DNA of 64,000 nt. Origin: Bdellovibrionales bacterium (GTDB lineage Bacteria; Bdellovibrionota; Bdellovibrionia; Bdellovibrionales; JAGQZY01). The stretch covers positions 1,184,001-1,248,000 of the forward strand of contig CAXRHT010000002.1 of the NCBI GenBank assembly GCA_964230645.1, read 5' to 3'. Numbering within the stretch: position 1 is the stretch's first letter; each line of letters opens with the position of its first letter. A program made the translations under genes and the position numbers. Shown piece by piece: positions 43,890 through 53,889 of this stretch. Below the pieces are notes generated by a model. It saw only the letters and a program-made list of their open reading frames with translations, was not told where the DNA came from and did no database searches.

Positions 43890-45077
43890 GTGAAAACGAT
43901 CTCTTCAAAGTTTTTTTCCTATTACTTAATTTTCGGAAGCTTTGTTCACGTCTCTTATGGACTTTTCATTTATTATTTTATTGGAGAAACGGCCGAGCCC
44001 TTTTGGCAACGCCTTAGTCTTGCTTTCTTAGCTGTTATAGGTGCTGCCACTTTTCTTTTCATCAAAGCACGAGCCAAAACCTGTGAGTTTTTCGCCTATT
44101 TTATCGGTTATATTTTTACACTGCACTATTTTTACCTCATCCAACTTACACCTCAAACGGAGTTTTACCTCCAAGGGTTGATGCTGATGTTAGCGGGCGT
44201 GAGTGCTGCCATCTTTCGCCGCTCCTTTCTCTATTTTTATTTTGCCTCAACTCTCCCCTTGGCTTTTGCTGTAACCTCTAGTCTGGCATTCCCTTATCCC
44301 GTTGGACTTCAAATATTTTGTATTACCTTTGCTTACATCTTAATTTTTGTATTTAACTATTTAAAAATTATGTTGCTCGAACGTCTAGAGATCGCATGGC
44401 AAAATGAAGCGGAACATATTAAAACCTTGGAAAATAGTTATAAAGCCAATCTTCAGGCGGCTCACGATCTAGGCTCCCCCATTTCCGCTATCAAGATGGT
44501 GGCCCATCAAATCAAAAGCACCCATGAAAAAATCTACGAACTTCTCAAATCATCAACCGAACAATTGCAAGATATCAGTTCTCAACTTCTTGTCGACCAC
44601 CGCAACCAAAAGGATCAAGTCGAGATTGATTTTTTCGATTTGGAGAATAACCTCTCACAGATAATCACCAACAAACGTCACGAATTGAAAGGAATCCCGA
44701 ACCTTTTTATTATGTATCGCTTCCACTCCCCCCTGGTTAGACCCGTGAGAGTGGCAAAATCAGAATTTTATCGAGTCCTCTCCAATATCATTAACAATAG
44801 TGTGGAGGCGACTCTTGAAAATGACCAACGTCGAATCAATGTGATCGTAGAACCTGAAAAAGATCACGTTGCCGTTCTTGTTAGTGACAACGGCTGTGGG
44901 ATTTCCGATGAAATTAGAAATTCGATTTTTGAAGAACATTTTACTACAAAAGAAAATGGAACAGGTATTGGGCTCAGCTTCTCGAGGAGTATAGTGCAAA
45001 AATGGGGCGGAAAGATTTACATCAAAAATACTGGTGAAAAAGGCTCCACTATCGCACTAGAGATTCCCTATGATTAG
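43890..45077 (+). CDS. Orphan membrane sensor histidine kinase
   Basis: Several N-terminal TMs; H-box AHDLGSP, N-box NIINNSVEA, DNGCGI, FTTK, GTGIGL. Confidence 0.92.
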   Translation: MKTISSKFFSYYLIFGSFVHVSYGLFIYYFIGETAEPFWQRLSLAFLAVIGAATFLFIKARAKTCEFFAYFIGYIFTLHYFYLIQLTPQTEFYLQGLMLMLAGVSAAIFRRSFLYFYFASTLPLAFAVTSSLAFPYPVGLQIFCITFAYILIFVFNYLKIMLLERLEIAWQNEAEHIKTLENSYKANLQAAHDLGSPISAIKMVAHQIKSTHEKIYELLKSSTEQLQDISSQLLVDHRNQKDQVEIDFFDLENNLSQIITNKRHELKGIPNLFIMYRFHSPLVRPVRVAKSEFYRVLSNIINNSVEATLENDQRRINVIVEPEKDHVAVLVSDNGCGISDEIRNSIFEEHFTTKENGTGIGLSFSRSIVQKWGGKIYIKNTGEKGSTIALEIPYD

Positions 45078-45144
45078 GCCCAAATTGAGGCCCACCCAAG
45101 AGGAAGCTTGGGCAGCGACAATGATATTTTAACTTTAGAGGCAA

Positions 45145-45678
45145 TTAATTTTTTTCGACTTGGATGAAGTCTAGCTCAACAGGTGTTGGACGGCCGAAAA
45201 TACTCACCGACACTTTGACCTTGGCTTTTTCTTCGTTGATCTCCTCAACAACACCGTCAAAGTTACTAAAGGGTCCGTCAATGACTGTCACCGACTCACC
45301 CACTTCAAAAGTGATGTGTGGTCTGGCTTTTTCAGTTCCCTCAACCATTTGCTTAGTGACCTTTTCTACTTCGGCCTGAGGAACCGGCTGAGGCTTTTGA
45401 CCACCGATAAAACCTGTGACTTTAGAAGCCGATTTTACCAGATGCCAAGTGGTATCAGTCATAACCATATTTACAAAAATATAACCGGGAAAGAATTTAC
45501 GAGCGCGGGTTTGTTTTTTACCTTTTACAAGCTGAACCACATTCTCAGAGGGAACAAGAATATCTCCGAAATACTCTTGCATATTCTTGGTAGAAATTCG
45601 CTCTTCGATGGCCGTTTTTGCCACGTTTTCACAACTTGTTTGGGTATTAACAATATACCATTTTTTTTCTTGTTCCAC
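45145..45678 (-). CDS. nusG: Transcription termination/antitermination factor NusG
   Basis: [39 protein letters not shown]. Confidence 0.97.
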   Translation of the reverse strand: MEQEKKWYIVNTQTSCENVAKTAIEERISTKNMQEYFGDILVPSENVVQLVKGKKQTRARKFFPGYIFVNMVMTDTTWHLVKSASKVTGFIGGQKPQPVPQAEVEKVTKQMVEGTEKARPHITFEVGESVTVIDGPFSNFDGVVEEINEEKAKVKVSVSIFGRPTPVELDFIQVEKN

Positions 45679-45692
45679 GTTCGTTAAACTCC

Positions 45693-46076
45693 TTAGCTCA
45701 TCTCGATAATTGCTTGGATCACTTGGCTGGAAAAATAATCAAAAATTCCTAGCAAAATTCCTGTAAAGATCATGAAGATACAGACGAAAACAGTAAGAGC
45801 GGTGGTCTCTTTTTTAGAGGGCCATACCACTTTACTGATTTCAACTATGACTTCTTGAGACCATTGCCTCACTTTTTTGGAAGAAACCAAATAGATAAAA
45901 AATAAAAGGCCAGCAGCTATTGGTAGAAGATTGCTCACAATTTCTGAGTCGGTCAGGCGAGCGTATGCGCCCCACGAGCTGGCTAAAAGTGTATTGAGAA
46001 CTTGAATTGTGTAGCCCACTAAAAAAGCTCCACACACAAAACTAACCATCATGATTTTATTGATTGTCTTTTCCAT
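45693..46076 (-). CDS. secE: Preprotein translocase SecE (3-TM type)
   Basis: [13 protein letters not shown] motif; located between tRNA-Trp and nusG. Confidence 0.93.
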   Translation of the reverse strand: MEKTINKIMMVSFVCGAFLVGYTIQVLNTLLASSWGAYARLTDSEIVSNLLPIAAGLLFFIYLVSSKKVRQWSQEVIVEISKVVWPSKKETTALTVFVCIFMIFTGILLGIFDYFSSQVIQAIIEMS

Positions 46077-46095
46077 AACCTCTTCTCAAAAAAAA

Positions 46096-46171
46096 TGGCA
46101 GGGCAGGAGGGACTCGAACCCCCAACCAACGGATTTGGAGTCCGTTACTCTACCAATTGAGCCACTACCCT
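46096..46171 (-). tRNA. tRNA-Trp (CCA)
   Basis: Cloverleaf; anticodon arm ACGGA-CTCCAAA-TCCGT; GGTTCGAGT T-loop; CCA end. Confidence 0.96.
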
Positions 46172-46262
46172 ATTGCCAAAAGTTTATCAAAACGAAGGCA
46201 TAAGCCTTGATTTTGATAAACTTTTAAAACTGAGGAACCCACAGTAATCCTCTTTTATTAAC

Positions 46263-46293
46263 AAAAAAAGGTCTCCTTGGGAAGAGACCTTTT
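46263..46293 (-). terminator. Intrinsic terminator downstream of tuf
   Basis: AAAAAAAGGTCTC-loop-GAGACCTTTT. Confidence 0.75.
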
Positions 46294-46366
46294 CAAAAAA
46301 CCTAAATTATATCAATCTGTTCGAATTGGATTCATTTTTTCTTTTAAGGACCCCACCTCATGCGAA

Positions 46367-46480
46367 AGATCCTTCGCTTCGCTCAGGATGACAATGCTCG
46401 CTCAGGATGACAATGCTGTCCGCTCAAGATAACAGTGCTTTCGCCCCGGGCTGACAGTACTGCCTTCCCTCAGGAAGACA
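46367..46480. repeat. REP-like array C (3' of tuf): one full unit plus four decaying partial units
   Basis: AGATCCTTCGCTTCGCTCAGGATGACA then CGCTCAGGATGACA, CGCTCAAGATAACA, CGCCCCGGGCTGACA, CCCTCAGGAAGACA. Confidence 0.85.
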
Positions 46481-46497
46481 GCCCCTTAATGATCCAA

Positions 46498-47691
46498 CTA
46501 CTCGGTGATCTCGGTTACAACACCGGCACCAACAGTTCTTCCACCTTCACGGATGGCGAACTTAAGACCTTTTTCCATGGCGATTGGAGCAATAAGCTCA
46601 ACCGACATTTCAATTTGGTCACCAGGCATCACCATTTCAGTTCCCTCTTTAAGAGAGCAAACACCAGTTACGTCAGTTGTTCTGAAGTAGAACTGAGGAC
46701 GATAGTTGGTGAAAAATGGAGTGTGACGTCCTCCTTCTTCTTTAGTCAGGATATAAGACTCACATTTGAATTTTTTGTGAGGAGTGATGGTTCCTGGTTT
46801 AGCAAGAACTTGTCCACGCTCAACATCTTCTTTCTTAGTACCACGAAGTAGACAACCAGCGTTGTCTCCCGCCATACCTTCATCAAGAAGCTTACGGAAC
46901 ATTTCAATTCCAGTAACTGTTGTTTTAGTTGTTGGCTTAATTCCAACGATTTCGATTTCTTCACCAACTTTTACGATACCACGCTCGATTCTTCCAGTAA
47001 CAACAGTACCACGACCAGAGATAGAGAAAACGTCCTCAATAGGCATCAAGAAAGTTTTATCAACATCACGCTCAGGCTCAGGGACAGTTTCGTCTACCGC
47101 AGCCATAAGCTTCATGATGGCACCAGTTCCCATATCACTTGTGTCGCCCTCTAGGGCTTTAAGAGCAGAACCACGGATGATTGGAATATCATCTCCAGGG
47201 AATTCGTATTTAGAAAGTAGCTCTCTGATCTCAAGCTCAACAAGCTCTAAAAGCTCTTCGTCGTCAACTTGGTCACATTTGTTAAGGAAAACAACAAGGG
47301 CTGGAACTCCAACCTGACGAGCCAAAAGGATGTGCTCACGAGTTTGAGGCATAGGTCCGTCAGCCGCAGAAACCACAAGGATTCCTCCGTCCATCTGAGC
47401 CGCACCAGTGATCATGTTTTTCACGTAATCGGCGTGTCCAGGACAGTCAACGTGAGCGTAGTGACGCTTTTCAGTTTCGTACTCAACGTGAGCTGTAGAG
47501 ATCGTGATCCCTCTTTCTCTTTCTTCAGGGGCTTTATCAATTTGATCGTAGGCCATGGCCGTTCCTGTACCACTAGCCTCGTGAAGAGTTTTAGTGATGG
47601 CAGCTGTCAAAGTTGTCTTCCCGTGATCCACGTGCCCAACTGTACCGATATTCACATGGGGTTTACCTCTATCAAACTTCTCTTTAGACAT
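46498..47691 (-). CDS. tuf: Elongation factor Tu
   Basis: [40 protein letters not shown]. Confidence 0.99.
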   Translation of the reverse strand: MSKEKFDRGKPHVNIGTVGHVDHGKTTLTAAITKTLHEASGTGTAMAYDQIDKAPEERERGITISTAHVEYETEKRHYAHVDCPGHADYVKNMITGAAQMDGGILVVSAADGPMPQTREHILLARQVGVPALVVFLNKCDQVDDEELLELVELEIRELLSKYEFPGDDIPIIRGSALKALEGDTSDMGTGAIMKLMAAVDETVPEPERDVDKTFLMPIEDVFSISGRGTVVTGRIERGIVKVGEEIEIVGIKPTTKTTVTGIEMFRKLLDEGMAGDNAGCLLRGTKKEDVERGQVLAKPGTITPHKKFKCESYILTKEEGGRHTPFFTNYRPQFYFRTTDVTGVCSLKEGTEMVMPGDQIEMSVELIAPIAMEKGLKFAIREGGRTVGAGVVTEITE

Positions 47692-47788
47692 TCATAGCCT
47701 CCTGAATTCTTAATTTATTATTTCGTCTTTAATTAAACGCCTTTAACTACCTAATCAATAAAAAAATTGCCTCACCCATCGAGCCAAA

Positions 47789-47863
47789 TGGTGCTGATGG
47801 AGAGAATCGAACTCTCGACCTCACCCTTACCAAGGGTGTGCTCTACCACTGAGCCACATCAGC
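47789..47863 (-). tRNA. tRNA-Thr (GGT)
   Basis: Anticodon arm CACCC-TTGGTAA-GGGTG; CCA end. Confidence 0.96.
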
Positions 47864-47906
47864 ATGTTCCCAGAGTCCCATTCATGAAGAGACAAAATTT
47901 AAAAGT

Positions 47907-47982
47907 TGGAGCGGGAGACGGGTCTCGAACCCGCAACATTCAGCTTGGAAGGCTGACACTCTACCAATTGAGTTACTCCCGC
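47907..47982 (-). tRNA. tRNA-Gly (TCC)
   Basis: Anticodon arm TCAGC-CTTCCAA-GCTGA; CCA end. Confidence 0.96.
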
Positions 47983-48168
47983 CCTAAAAGGGCTCGCCCA
48001 TTGAACCGTCTGATGATGCATCGCTGCGCTAAATTCCCATTTAACGGCCCAATTTCGGGCATTTGCGAGGCCAAACCGTTTAAAGTGCGTGTCCTCATTT
48101 TGACGACTTTCACCGCCAATGGGAAAACACCTCTAACAATGTCTTCCCTAAAAATCCACCTTAAAAAA

Positions 48169-48253
48169 TGGTGGAGGAGAGAGGATTCGAACCTCTGAAG
48201 GCTAAGCCAGCAGATTTACAGTCTGCCCTCGTTGACCGCTTGAGTACTCCTCC
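48169..48253 (-). tRNA. tRNA-Tyr (GTA)
   Basis: Anticodon arm GCAGA-CTGTAAA-TCTGC; long variable arm; CCA end. Confidence 0.96.
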
Positions 48254-48352
48254 TCGAACCACTAAGACTCTAACAAATTGAGCCTTAAGGCAAATCCTTT
48301 GGAAAATCTGTCCAAATTTCCGACCCAAGTTATGGAACTCGTCGTCAAAAAG

Positions 48353-48428
48353 TGGTGCTGAATGAGGGACTCGAACCCCCAACCTATTGATTACAAATCA
48401 ATTGCTCTACCAATTGAGCTAATTCAGC
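48353..48428 (-). tRNA. tRNA-Thr (TGT)
   Basis: Anticodon arm ATTGA-TTTGTAA-TCAAT; CCA end; completes the thrU-tyrU-glyT-thrT-tuf layout. Confidence 0.96.
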
Positions 48429-48488
48429 AGTTTAAACAGATAAACCTAAGAACGAAGGGTTTAAAGAAAACCACAACTTAAGTCAATA

Positions 48489-49217
48489 TTAAAGATAACG
48501 ACTTCGGGTCATTTCGTAAGCACTCATCGCGAACGCCACCGAAGCATTATAACTCGAACCACTCTCGACTTGAGGAATGGTTATAAATTGATCACAAAAT
48601 TTTTCGGTGGAAGAACGAAGCCCCGTCCCTTCGGAGCCCACAACCAAAACAGCTTTTGAGTTGGCGTTTTGTTTTGGAAGTAAAACGTCTCCGCCCTCTT
48701 TCAAACCGTAAACCCAATATCCCTGCTCCTTAAACCACTCAAGCTGGGAAGGGAAGTGACAGCTCTCCACAGGGACATGCTCAACTCCACCACTTGCAAC
48801 CTTACAGACCACGGGAGTTAGATCTACACGACGATTTTTAGGAATAAAGATGCCATCCACATTCAACAGCCAAGAAGTTCGCAGAATGGAACCGAGATTA
48901 TGAGGGTCTTCAATCCCATCAAGAAACACGACCAAACTCTCTTCTTTCTCGGCCGCGGATTCTTGCCACTGAGGACTCTCATTCATGGAAACGGAAACAC
49001 CCTGGTGACCACCGGCCAATTGGTTAAAAAACTTTTTCCCTTTCAAGCGCACAGGGATGTTTTTTTTCTTACAAAGGCCAGTGAAAACCTCATGTTCGTT
49101 AGCCTGTGTATCAAGGAGATGAACCTCGCTCACCCATCCTGGATTCACCTTGATGGCCTCCATACAGGAGTGAATTCCAATAACGATTCTATTTTGAGGC
49201 TTCTTTTTTTTACTCAC
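48489..49217 (-). CDS. rlmB: 23S rRNA Gm2251 SPOUT methyltransferase (RlmB-like)
   Basis: HQGV, LDGIEDPHNLGSILRT, VGSEGTG, SYNASVA. Confidence 0.85.
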   Translation of the reverse strand: MSKKKKPQNRIVIGIHSCMEAIKVNPGWVSEVHLLDTQANEHEVFTGLCKKKNIPVRLKGKKFFNQLAGGHQGVSVSMNESPQWQESAAEKEESLVVFLDGIEDPHNLGSILRTSWLLNVDGIFIPKNRRVDLTPVVCKVASGGVEHVPVESCHFPSQLEWFKEQGYWVYGLKEGGDVLLPKQNANSKAVLVVGSEGTGLRSSTEKFCDQFITIPQVESGSSYNASVAFAMSAYEMTRSRYL

Positions 49218-50938
49218 TCTCCTAAACCTTCCAAGATCTTTTTTGATTCCGAAAGCGCCTGATCCAACGGGAACTTTAACTTATTTTGAGTGGAGCGAAC
49301 AAACAGCTCAACTTCGTCGTTTTCAAAGCTGCGTTTCCCAGCCACCACGCGCAGAGGGAAACCCAGAAGATCGGCATCTTTAAACTTGATTCCAGGACGC
49401 TCTTTGCGATCATCGATGAAAACTTCAAAACCCATCTTTTGCATTGAGTTTTTGTAAACCTCAACCCACTGGCTTAAGCCCTCATCTTCTGGGTCCAATA
49501 GACATATATGAATATGAAAGGGAGCGATACTAGTCGGCCAACAAATACCATTGTCGTCATGATTTTGCTCAATGATCGCCTGAATGGTCCGGGTCACTCC
49601 AATGCCGTAACAGCCCATCTCTACAAACTGGCTTTTCCCATTATCGTCGAGATATTGTAAATTCATACTTTTGGAATACTTTTGCCCCAAATAGAAAATG
49701 TGACCCACTTCAATCCCGCGGCTGAGTTTTAATTTTTTGCCACACTCTGGACAGGGGTCTCCGGCTCCTACTTGCGAGAGATCGGCCTCGTCTTCGATAT
49801 TAAAATCTCGCCCTGGCACAACATTCTTTAAGTGGTAACCATCTTGATTGGCACCAACAATAAAAGAATTCAAAAACTTTAAAGCTTTGTCCATATAGAC
49901 AGGCATTTTTAAGTCGACCGGTCCGCAACTTCCCGGAGAGGCCCCAGTGGCCTTAAGGACCTCTTCATCGGTAAGGGGTATCACCTCTCCTGTTGCACCA
50001 ACCACTGCTTTTGCTTTTATCAAATTGACCTCTCGGTCACCTGGCAAAATTAAACAGGCCTCTTTCCATTTGTCTTTTTCATTCTGAAATTTCACAAAAA
50101 AAGTTTTTACAAGTTGAGACGCTGGAGTTTTTAAGGCCTTGGATAAATCTTCAATGCTTTTCAAATTGGGGGTTTCAAACTTCTCTAAATCTACATCAGT
50201 CCATACAGAGGTGTTTTCTGGAAGCACCAAAGGAGCCGCTTCAGCATTGGCTGAATAAGAGCAAGAATCACAGAGTAAAATCTCATCCATTCCGTTTTCG
50301 GCAAGAACTTGAAACTCATTAGATAAGTCCCCACCAATGGCGCCAGAGTCCGCTTTTACCACTGTGAAGTCCACACCCAACCTTTTAAAGATGTTGTTAT
50401 AAGCCTCTTTGAGTCGTTCATAGGAGGCCAAGGCACCTTCCCGATCGAGATCAAAAGTGTAGGCGTCCTTCATTATAAACTCGCGCCCTCTCATAAGCCC
50501 AAAACGAGGGCGAATCTCATCGCGATATTTGGTTTGAATTTGATAAACCGACTGAGGCAAATCTCGGTAACTCTTAATGTCGTTTCGGATAAAATCCACC
50601 ACGGCCTCTTCATGGGTGGCGCCAAGACAGAAATCGTGATTGTTTTTATTTTTAAATTTTAATAATTCTGTCATTTTTGGCCATCGTCCGGACTCCTTCC
50701 AAAGACTGGCGGGCTGAACCATCGGCATTAAAATTTCATGGCAGCCAGCTTGACTGAGCTCTTCTCTTAAAAGGTTTTCAAACTTCCTGATGGAACGGAG
50801 TAAAAAGAAACCATAGGAAAAAATACCCGGAGCCAGTTTTTTTACGAAGCCTCCCCTAACCAAGAGACGATGGCTCTCCATTTCCGCGTCGGCGGGATTT
50901 TCTCTGAGTGTTTTTAATGAGATTTCTGACCACTTCAT
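49214..50938 (-). CDS. proS: Prolyl-tRNA synthetase (bacterial type with insertion editing domain)
   Basis: LWKESGRW, THEE, RDEIRPRFGLMRGREFIMKDAY, GIEVGHIF.LG.KYS, MGCYGIG. Confidence 0.98.
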   Translation of the reverse strand: MKWSEISLKTLRENPADAEMESHRLLVRGGFVKKLAPGIFSYGFFLLRSIRKFENLLREELSQAGCHEILMPMVQPASLWKESGRWPKMTELLKFKNKNNHDFCLGATHEEAVVDFIRNDIKSYRDLPQSVYQIQTKYRDEIRPRFGLMRGREFIMKDAYTFDLDREGALASYERLKEAYNNIFKRLGVDFTVVKADSGAIGGDLSNEFQVLAENGMDEILLCDSCSYSANAEAAPLVLPENTSVWTDVDLEKFETPNLKSIEDLSKALKTPASQLVKTFFVKFQNEKDKWKEACLILPGDREVNLIKAKAVVGATGEVIPLTDEEVLKATGASPGSCGPVDLKMPVYMDKALKFLNSFIVGANQDGYHLKNVVPGRDFNIEDEADLSQVGAGDPCPECGKKLKLSRGIEVGHIFYLGQKYSKSMNLQYLDDNGKSQFVEMGCYGIGVTRTIQAIIEQNHDDNGICWPTSIAPFHIHICLLDPEDEGLSQWVEVYKNSMQKMGFEVFIDDRKERPGIKFKDADLLGFPLRVVAGKRSFENDEVELFVRSTQNKLKFPLDQALSESKKILEGLGE

Positions 50939-51116
50939 TCTTTTAACCTTCCATTTAAATGCTTTCGTTAAAGAAAGCTTAGACCCACTTGAGAAATTTT
51001 CATGGGTTTCTGTTTTTACTCTTAGGAGACGGAAAAAAATAGCTTTTTTCTAAAATTCCGAGCCTCCGATACTGCTGTAGGGTGGATTGCCCCGGGTCCT
51101 CTTTAGCGCAGCTCGA

Positions 51117-51291
51117 TGTCATCCTCAGTGAGGCTCAAAGTCATCCTGAGCGCAGCGAAGGATCTTAGGTCTTTCGCTTCGCTCAAGACGACATTTGTTC
51201 GCTCAAGACTTAAGATCCTTCGCTACGCTCAGGATGACACTGGGTTTAGCTCAGATTGACATTGAGTTCCTGTGCTTAGGATGACATTGAG
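51117..51291. repeat. REP-like array D with inverted full units and outward partial units
   Basis: GTCATCCTGAGCGCAGCGAAGGATCTTA (51140-51167) inverted against TAAGATCCTTCGCTACGCTCAGGATGAC (51211-51238, 1 mismatch), plus variant AGGTCTTTCGCTTCGCTCAAGACGAC. Confidence 0.88.
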
Positions 51292-51362
51292 CAATTCACC
51301 GGTCAGCAGCAAGTGCCTTTGGCTTTTCTTAAAAAATAACAAGTGATCAGGGCGAATCCAAT

Positions 51363-51397
51363 AAAAAAACGCCATGAGGTAAAGCATGGCGTTTTTT
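51363..51397 (-). terminator. Intrinsic terminator after the L,D-transpeptidase gene
   Basis: AAAAAAACGCCATG-loop-CATGGCGTTTTTT. Confidence 0.85.
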
Positions 51398-51430
51398 CTA
51401 TTTTCTAAGTTCAAAAACAATCAGGCCGAA

Positions 51431-52405
51431 TTAAGCGTCCCACTCCTCAAGAGCATTGTCATATCCATAGAAAATAATAATGAGGGCACGCGTACCACCT
51501 TTTGCCCCACCCGTCTCAGACTTTAAACGCTTTCGGTTGTTAAGGTCGGGAAGGTCATTGCTCCACCAGTAATCATCGTTAATCAGGTTTTCATACATAA
51601 GGTGAGCTTGTTTTTTAGTAATTCGAACACAGCCGTGAGACTGCTGAGTGCCCAAATTAGCATAGGCTCCACTCGAAGTTCCATGAACAGCAAGGCCAGA
51701 GGTTTTACCCCAAGGGTAGATGAGGTCGAAATAAAGAGAGTGCCACATACCTTTGGAATAACGACGACCGTCAGAACGGGAGTGATTGATTCTGTATATT
51801 CCCGTTGGAGTGTCCACGTAGGGTTGCGGGTCAGCGCTAAAGTGGCCAGCTCCACTTGAAACTGGCATTAGATCCGTTAGTACGCCGTATCCATCCACAG
51901 TTTGTCCGTAGTCTTTGTTCAAAGGAGTGATGGCATCTGGAAAAGCGGGTGTGCCATTGTTACCAGCAACATCATTGCGAATAGCAACAACCTGACCTTG
52001 GCCATTTCTAACGAATATCGCTTGGCCCGCTTGAGTTCTCTGAATCACTTTCATATGTTGCGCAGGAATCTCGTGAGCGGCATTAAAGCGAGACTGGTAG
52101 TCGACGTTGATCATGATGAAAACATCGTACTCTCTTTCAAGAGTTGGAGTAATATAGGAAGCCACACTTTCCCAAGACATTTTGAAGTTGAAAAAGCTAA
52201 CAAGATGATCCAGAAAATTCTGACCCGTCATTTGCTCATACTCTTCGGCAGTCATCGTCACCACTTCACCAGCATCGTTGGCTTCAACAACGATTTCACC
52301 GTTAATAAAAGTGGGTTGATCAATATCCAAGGCATTCGATTGAGCGAACACTCCCTGAACCATAAAACTCATGAATAAAAAGATCGCTCCTAAGCGAAAT
52401 CCCAT
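51431..52405 (-). CDS. Secreted L,D-transpeptidase (YkuD family)
   Basis: Signal peptide; VSSG..TPTGIY, AVHGT...LGTQQSHGCVRI catalytic His/Cys. Confidence 0.88.
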   Translation of the reverse strand: MGFRLGAIFLFMSFMVQGVFAQSNALDIDQPTFINGEIVVEANDAGEVVTMTAEEYEQMTGQNFLDHLVSFFNFKMSWESVASYITPTLEREYDVFIMINVDYQSRFNAAHEIPAQHMKVIQRTQAGQAIFVRNGQGQVVAIRNDVAGNNGTPAFPDAITPLNKDYGQTVDGYGVLTDLMPVSSGAGHFSADPQPYVDTPTGIYRINHSRSDGRRYSKGMWHSLYFDLIYPWGKTSGLAVHGTSSGAYANLGTQQSHGCVRITKKQAHLMYENLINDDYWWSNDLPDLNNRKRLKSETGGAKGGTRALIIIFYGYDNALEEWDA

Positions 52406-52709
52406 ACTATCCTCCCTTTTGAGGGCCTCTACTTATCACAATCCCAGTATTATTAAAGGCCCTATATGTGTGTTGATTACGTTAATCTAGCGCTGTTCTA
52501 TCTTGACCGGAACGGAGAGTCACAAGGGGTTGAAAATATTACCTAGCAAAAGATTTAAGAGTCTGAAGGCCCTGCAAAAGACCTTTTGATTGGATGTGAA
52601 AAAAACTTTCAAGGATCGAGATTTTGCTCTTTACTCGGGAGGAGCGAATCCTTTCACCTTGACCTGGGAGCTTGTGAATAAGAGGTATCTAAGATAAGTT
52701 CAGGACACT

Positions 52710-53216
52710 ATGAAATTACGCAAAGCTGTTTACGCAGGAAGCTTCGATCCACTGACCAACGGTCACGTCTGGATTATAAGAAGAGCGGTTCATCTCTTTG
52801 ATGAACTGACCATTGCTATTGGTGTGAATCCCTCCAAAGACTATTTTTTATCGGCCGAGGAAAGAGAGTCTAACATACAAGCTCTGATTGATCGTGAGAA
52901 TTGGGAGAGCTGTAAAGTGGATGTTAAGGTCATTAAAAATCAGTATCTGGCAAAATTTGCGCAATCGATTTCAGCCTCTTGTCTGATTCGAGGGATTCGA
53001 AGTGAGGCTGACTTTAGCTATGAGTACGCTATGGCCCAGGCTAACCGTCGCCTTGCCCCTGAAATCGAAAGCATTTACATGATGCCACCACCAGAACTAG
53101 CTCAGATCAGCTCTTCTCTGATCAAATCCATGCTGGGGCCAGAAGGCTGGGAGGATATGGTCAAAAATTATGTGCCGGGCGAGGTCTTTGAAAGTATTAA
53201 GAAAAAAGACCTATGA
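52710..53216 (+). CDS. coaD: Phosphopantetheine adenylyltransferase
   Basis: AVYAGSFDPLTNGH, IRGIR...DFSYE, ISSS. Confidence 0.95.
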   Translation: MKLRKAVYAGSFDPLTNGHVWIIRRAVHLFDELTIAIGVNPSKDYFLSAEERESNIQALIDRENWESCKVDVKVIKNQYLAKFAQSISASCLIRGIRSEADFSYEYAMAQANRRLAPEIESIYMMPPPELAQISSSLIKSMLGPEGWEDMVKNYVPGEVFESIKKKDL

Positions 53217-53782
53217 AGCTAGAAAAACTTCTTCCCCTCTTTTCCTTTCTTTTTATTTTTTCCTTCACAAACCAGGGCGAGACGAATTTCTGGACCGAGG
53301 GTGATTATAAATTCCGAGCCCGGGAAAGCTATGAATGGCTGCAGTTTAAATCCGGTTCACAAAAGGAAGCCTTCCAAGGTCTCACCAATACAATTAACTT
53401 TTTCTATGAGAGACCCTTTGATTATTCTTACGGCCTGGCCGCAGGCTCCCTATTTAGTGGGTTAAGCTCCGAAAATGCACTGCCTGGTCTTTCTCGAGAC
53501 ATTGAAATTTTCTTTATTGGTTTTGAAGGAAAACTTTTCTTTTTTGGTGGCTCCCGCCAGGGCTTTTTCACACGTCCTGGACTCTTTTTTCACCAAATCC
53601 AAAATGATGGAGCTCGTGGAAATATTGACGGAGTTTCGCTTTTGACCAGTCTCGGCTACGAGTTTTTAGTGTACAAAGATATCGCGCTCGCTCCGGAGAT
53701 TGCTTTTAAGTCCGGCGAGAGCGGCCCCTACTCCTGGCAGGGCTTGACCCTTTCTTTGGGACTGCATTTTTACCAGTTCTAG
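53213..53782 (+). CDS. Probable small outer-membrane beta-barrel protein
   Basis: Signal peptide, amphipathic strands, C-terminal LTLSLGLHFYQF; ATGA overlap with coaD. Confidence 0.6.
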   Translation: MKLEKLLPLFSFLFIFSFTNQGETNFWTEGDYKFRARESYEWLQFKSGSQKEAFQGLTNTINFFYERPFDYSYGLAAGSLFSGLSSENALPGLSRDIEIFFIGFEGKLFFFGGSRQGFFTRPGLFFHQIQNDGARGNIDGVSLLTSLGYEFLVYKDIALAPEIAFKSGESGPYSWQGLTLSLGLHFYQF

Positions 53783-53889
53783 CACTCCGCCACAAATCAC
53801 AACATTTCTAACAGTTTCCCTAAGTTCCCTTTCAAAGAGTTCTGAGTAAAACTGCGACCAGTTAACCCACTCTCACAAAGGAGCAAATT

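Noticed and set aside
46435..48382. ORFs antisense to or overlapping tuf and the tRNA cluster
   Set aside because: Shadow frames of highly conserved genes and tRNAs; the same applies to the many antisense ORFs over rpoBC and the r-protein genes
46096..48428. Prophage or genomic island integrated at a tRNA
   Set aside because: No integrase and no duplicated tRNA 3' end (att site) seen in the window
51077..51102. GTAGGGTGGATTGCCCCGGGTCCTC as a GTAG-class REP
   Set aside because: Single imperfect copy in the window with a weak stem; cannot be supported without a genome-wide search
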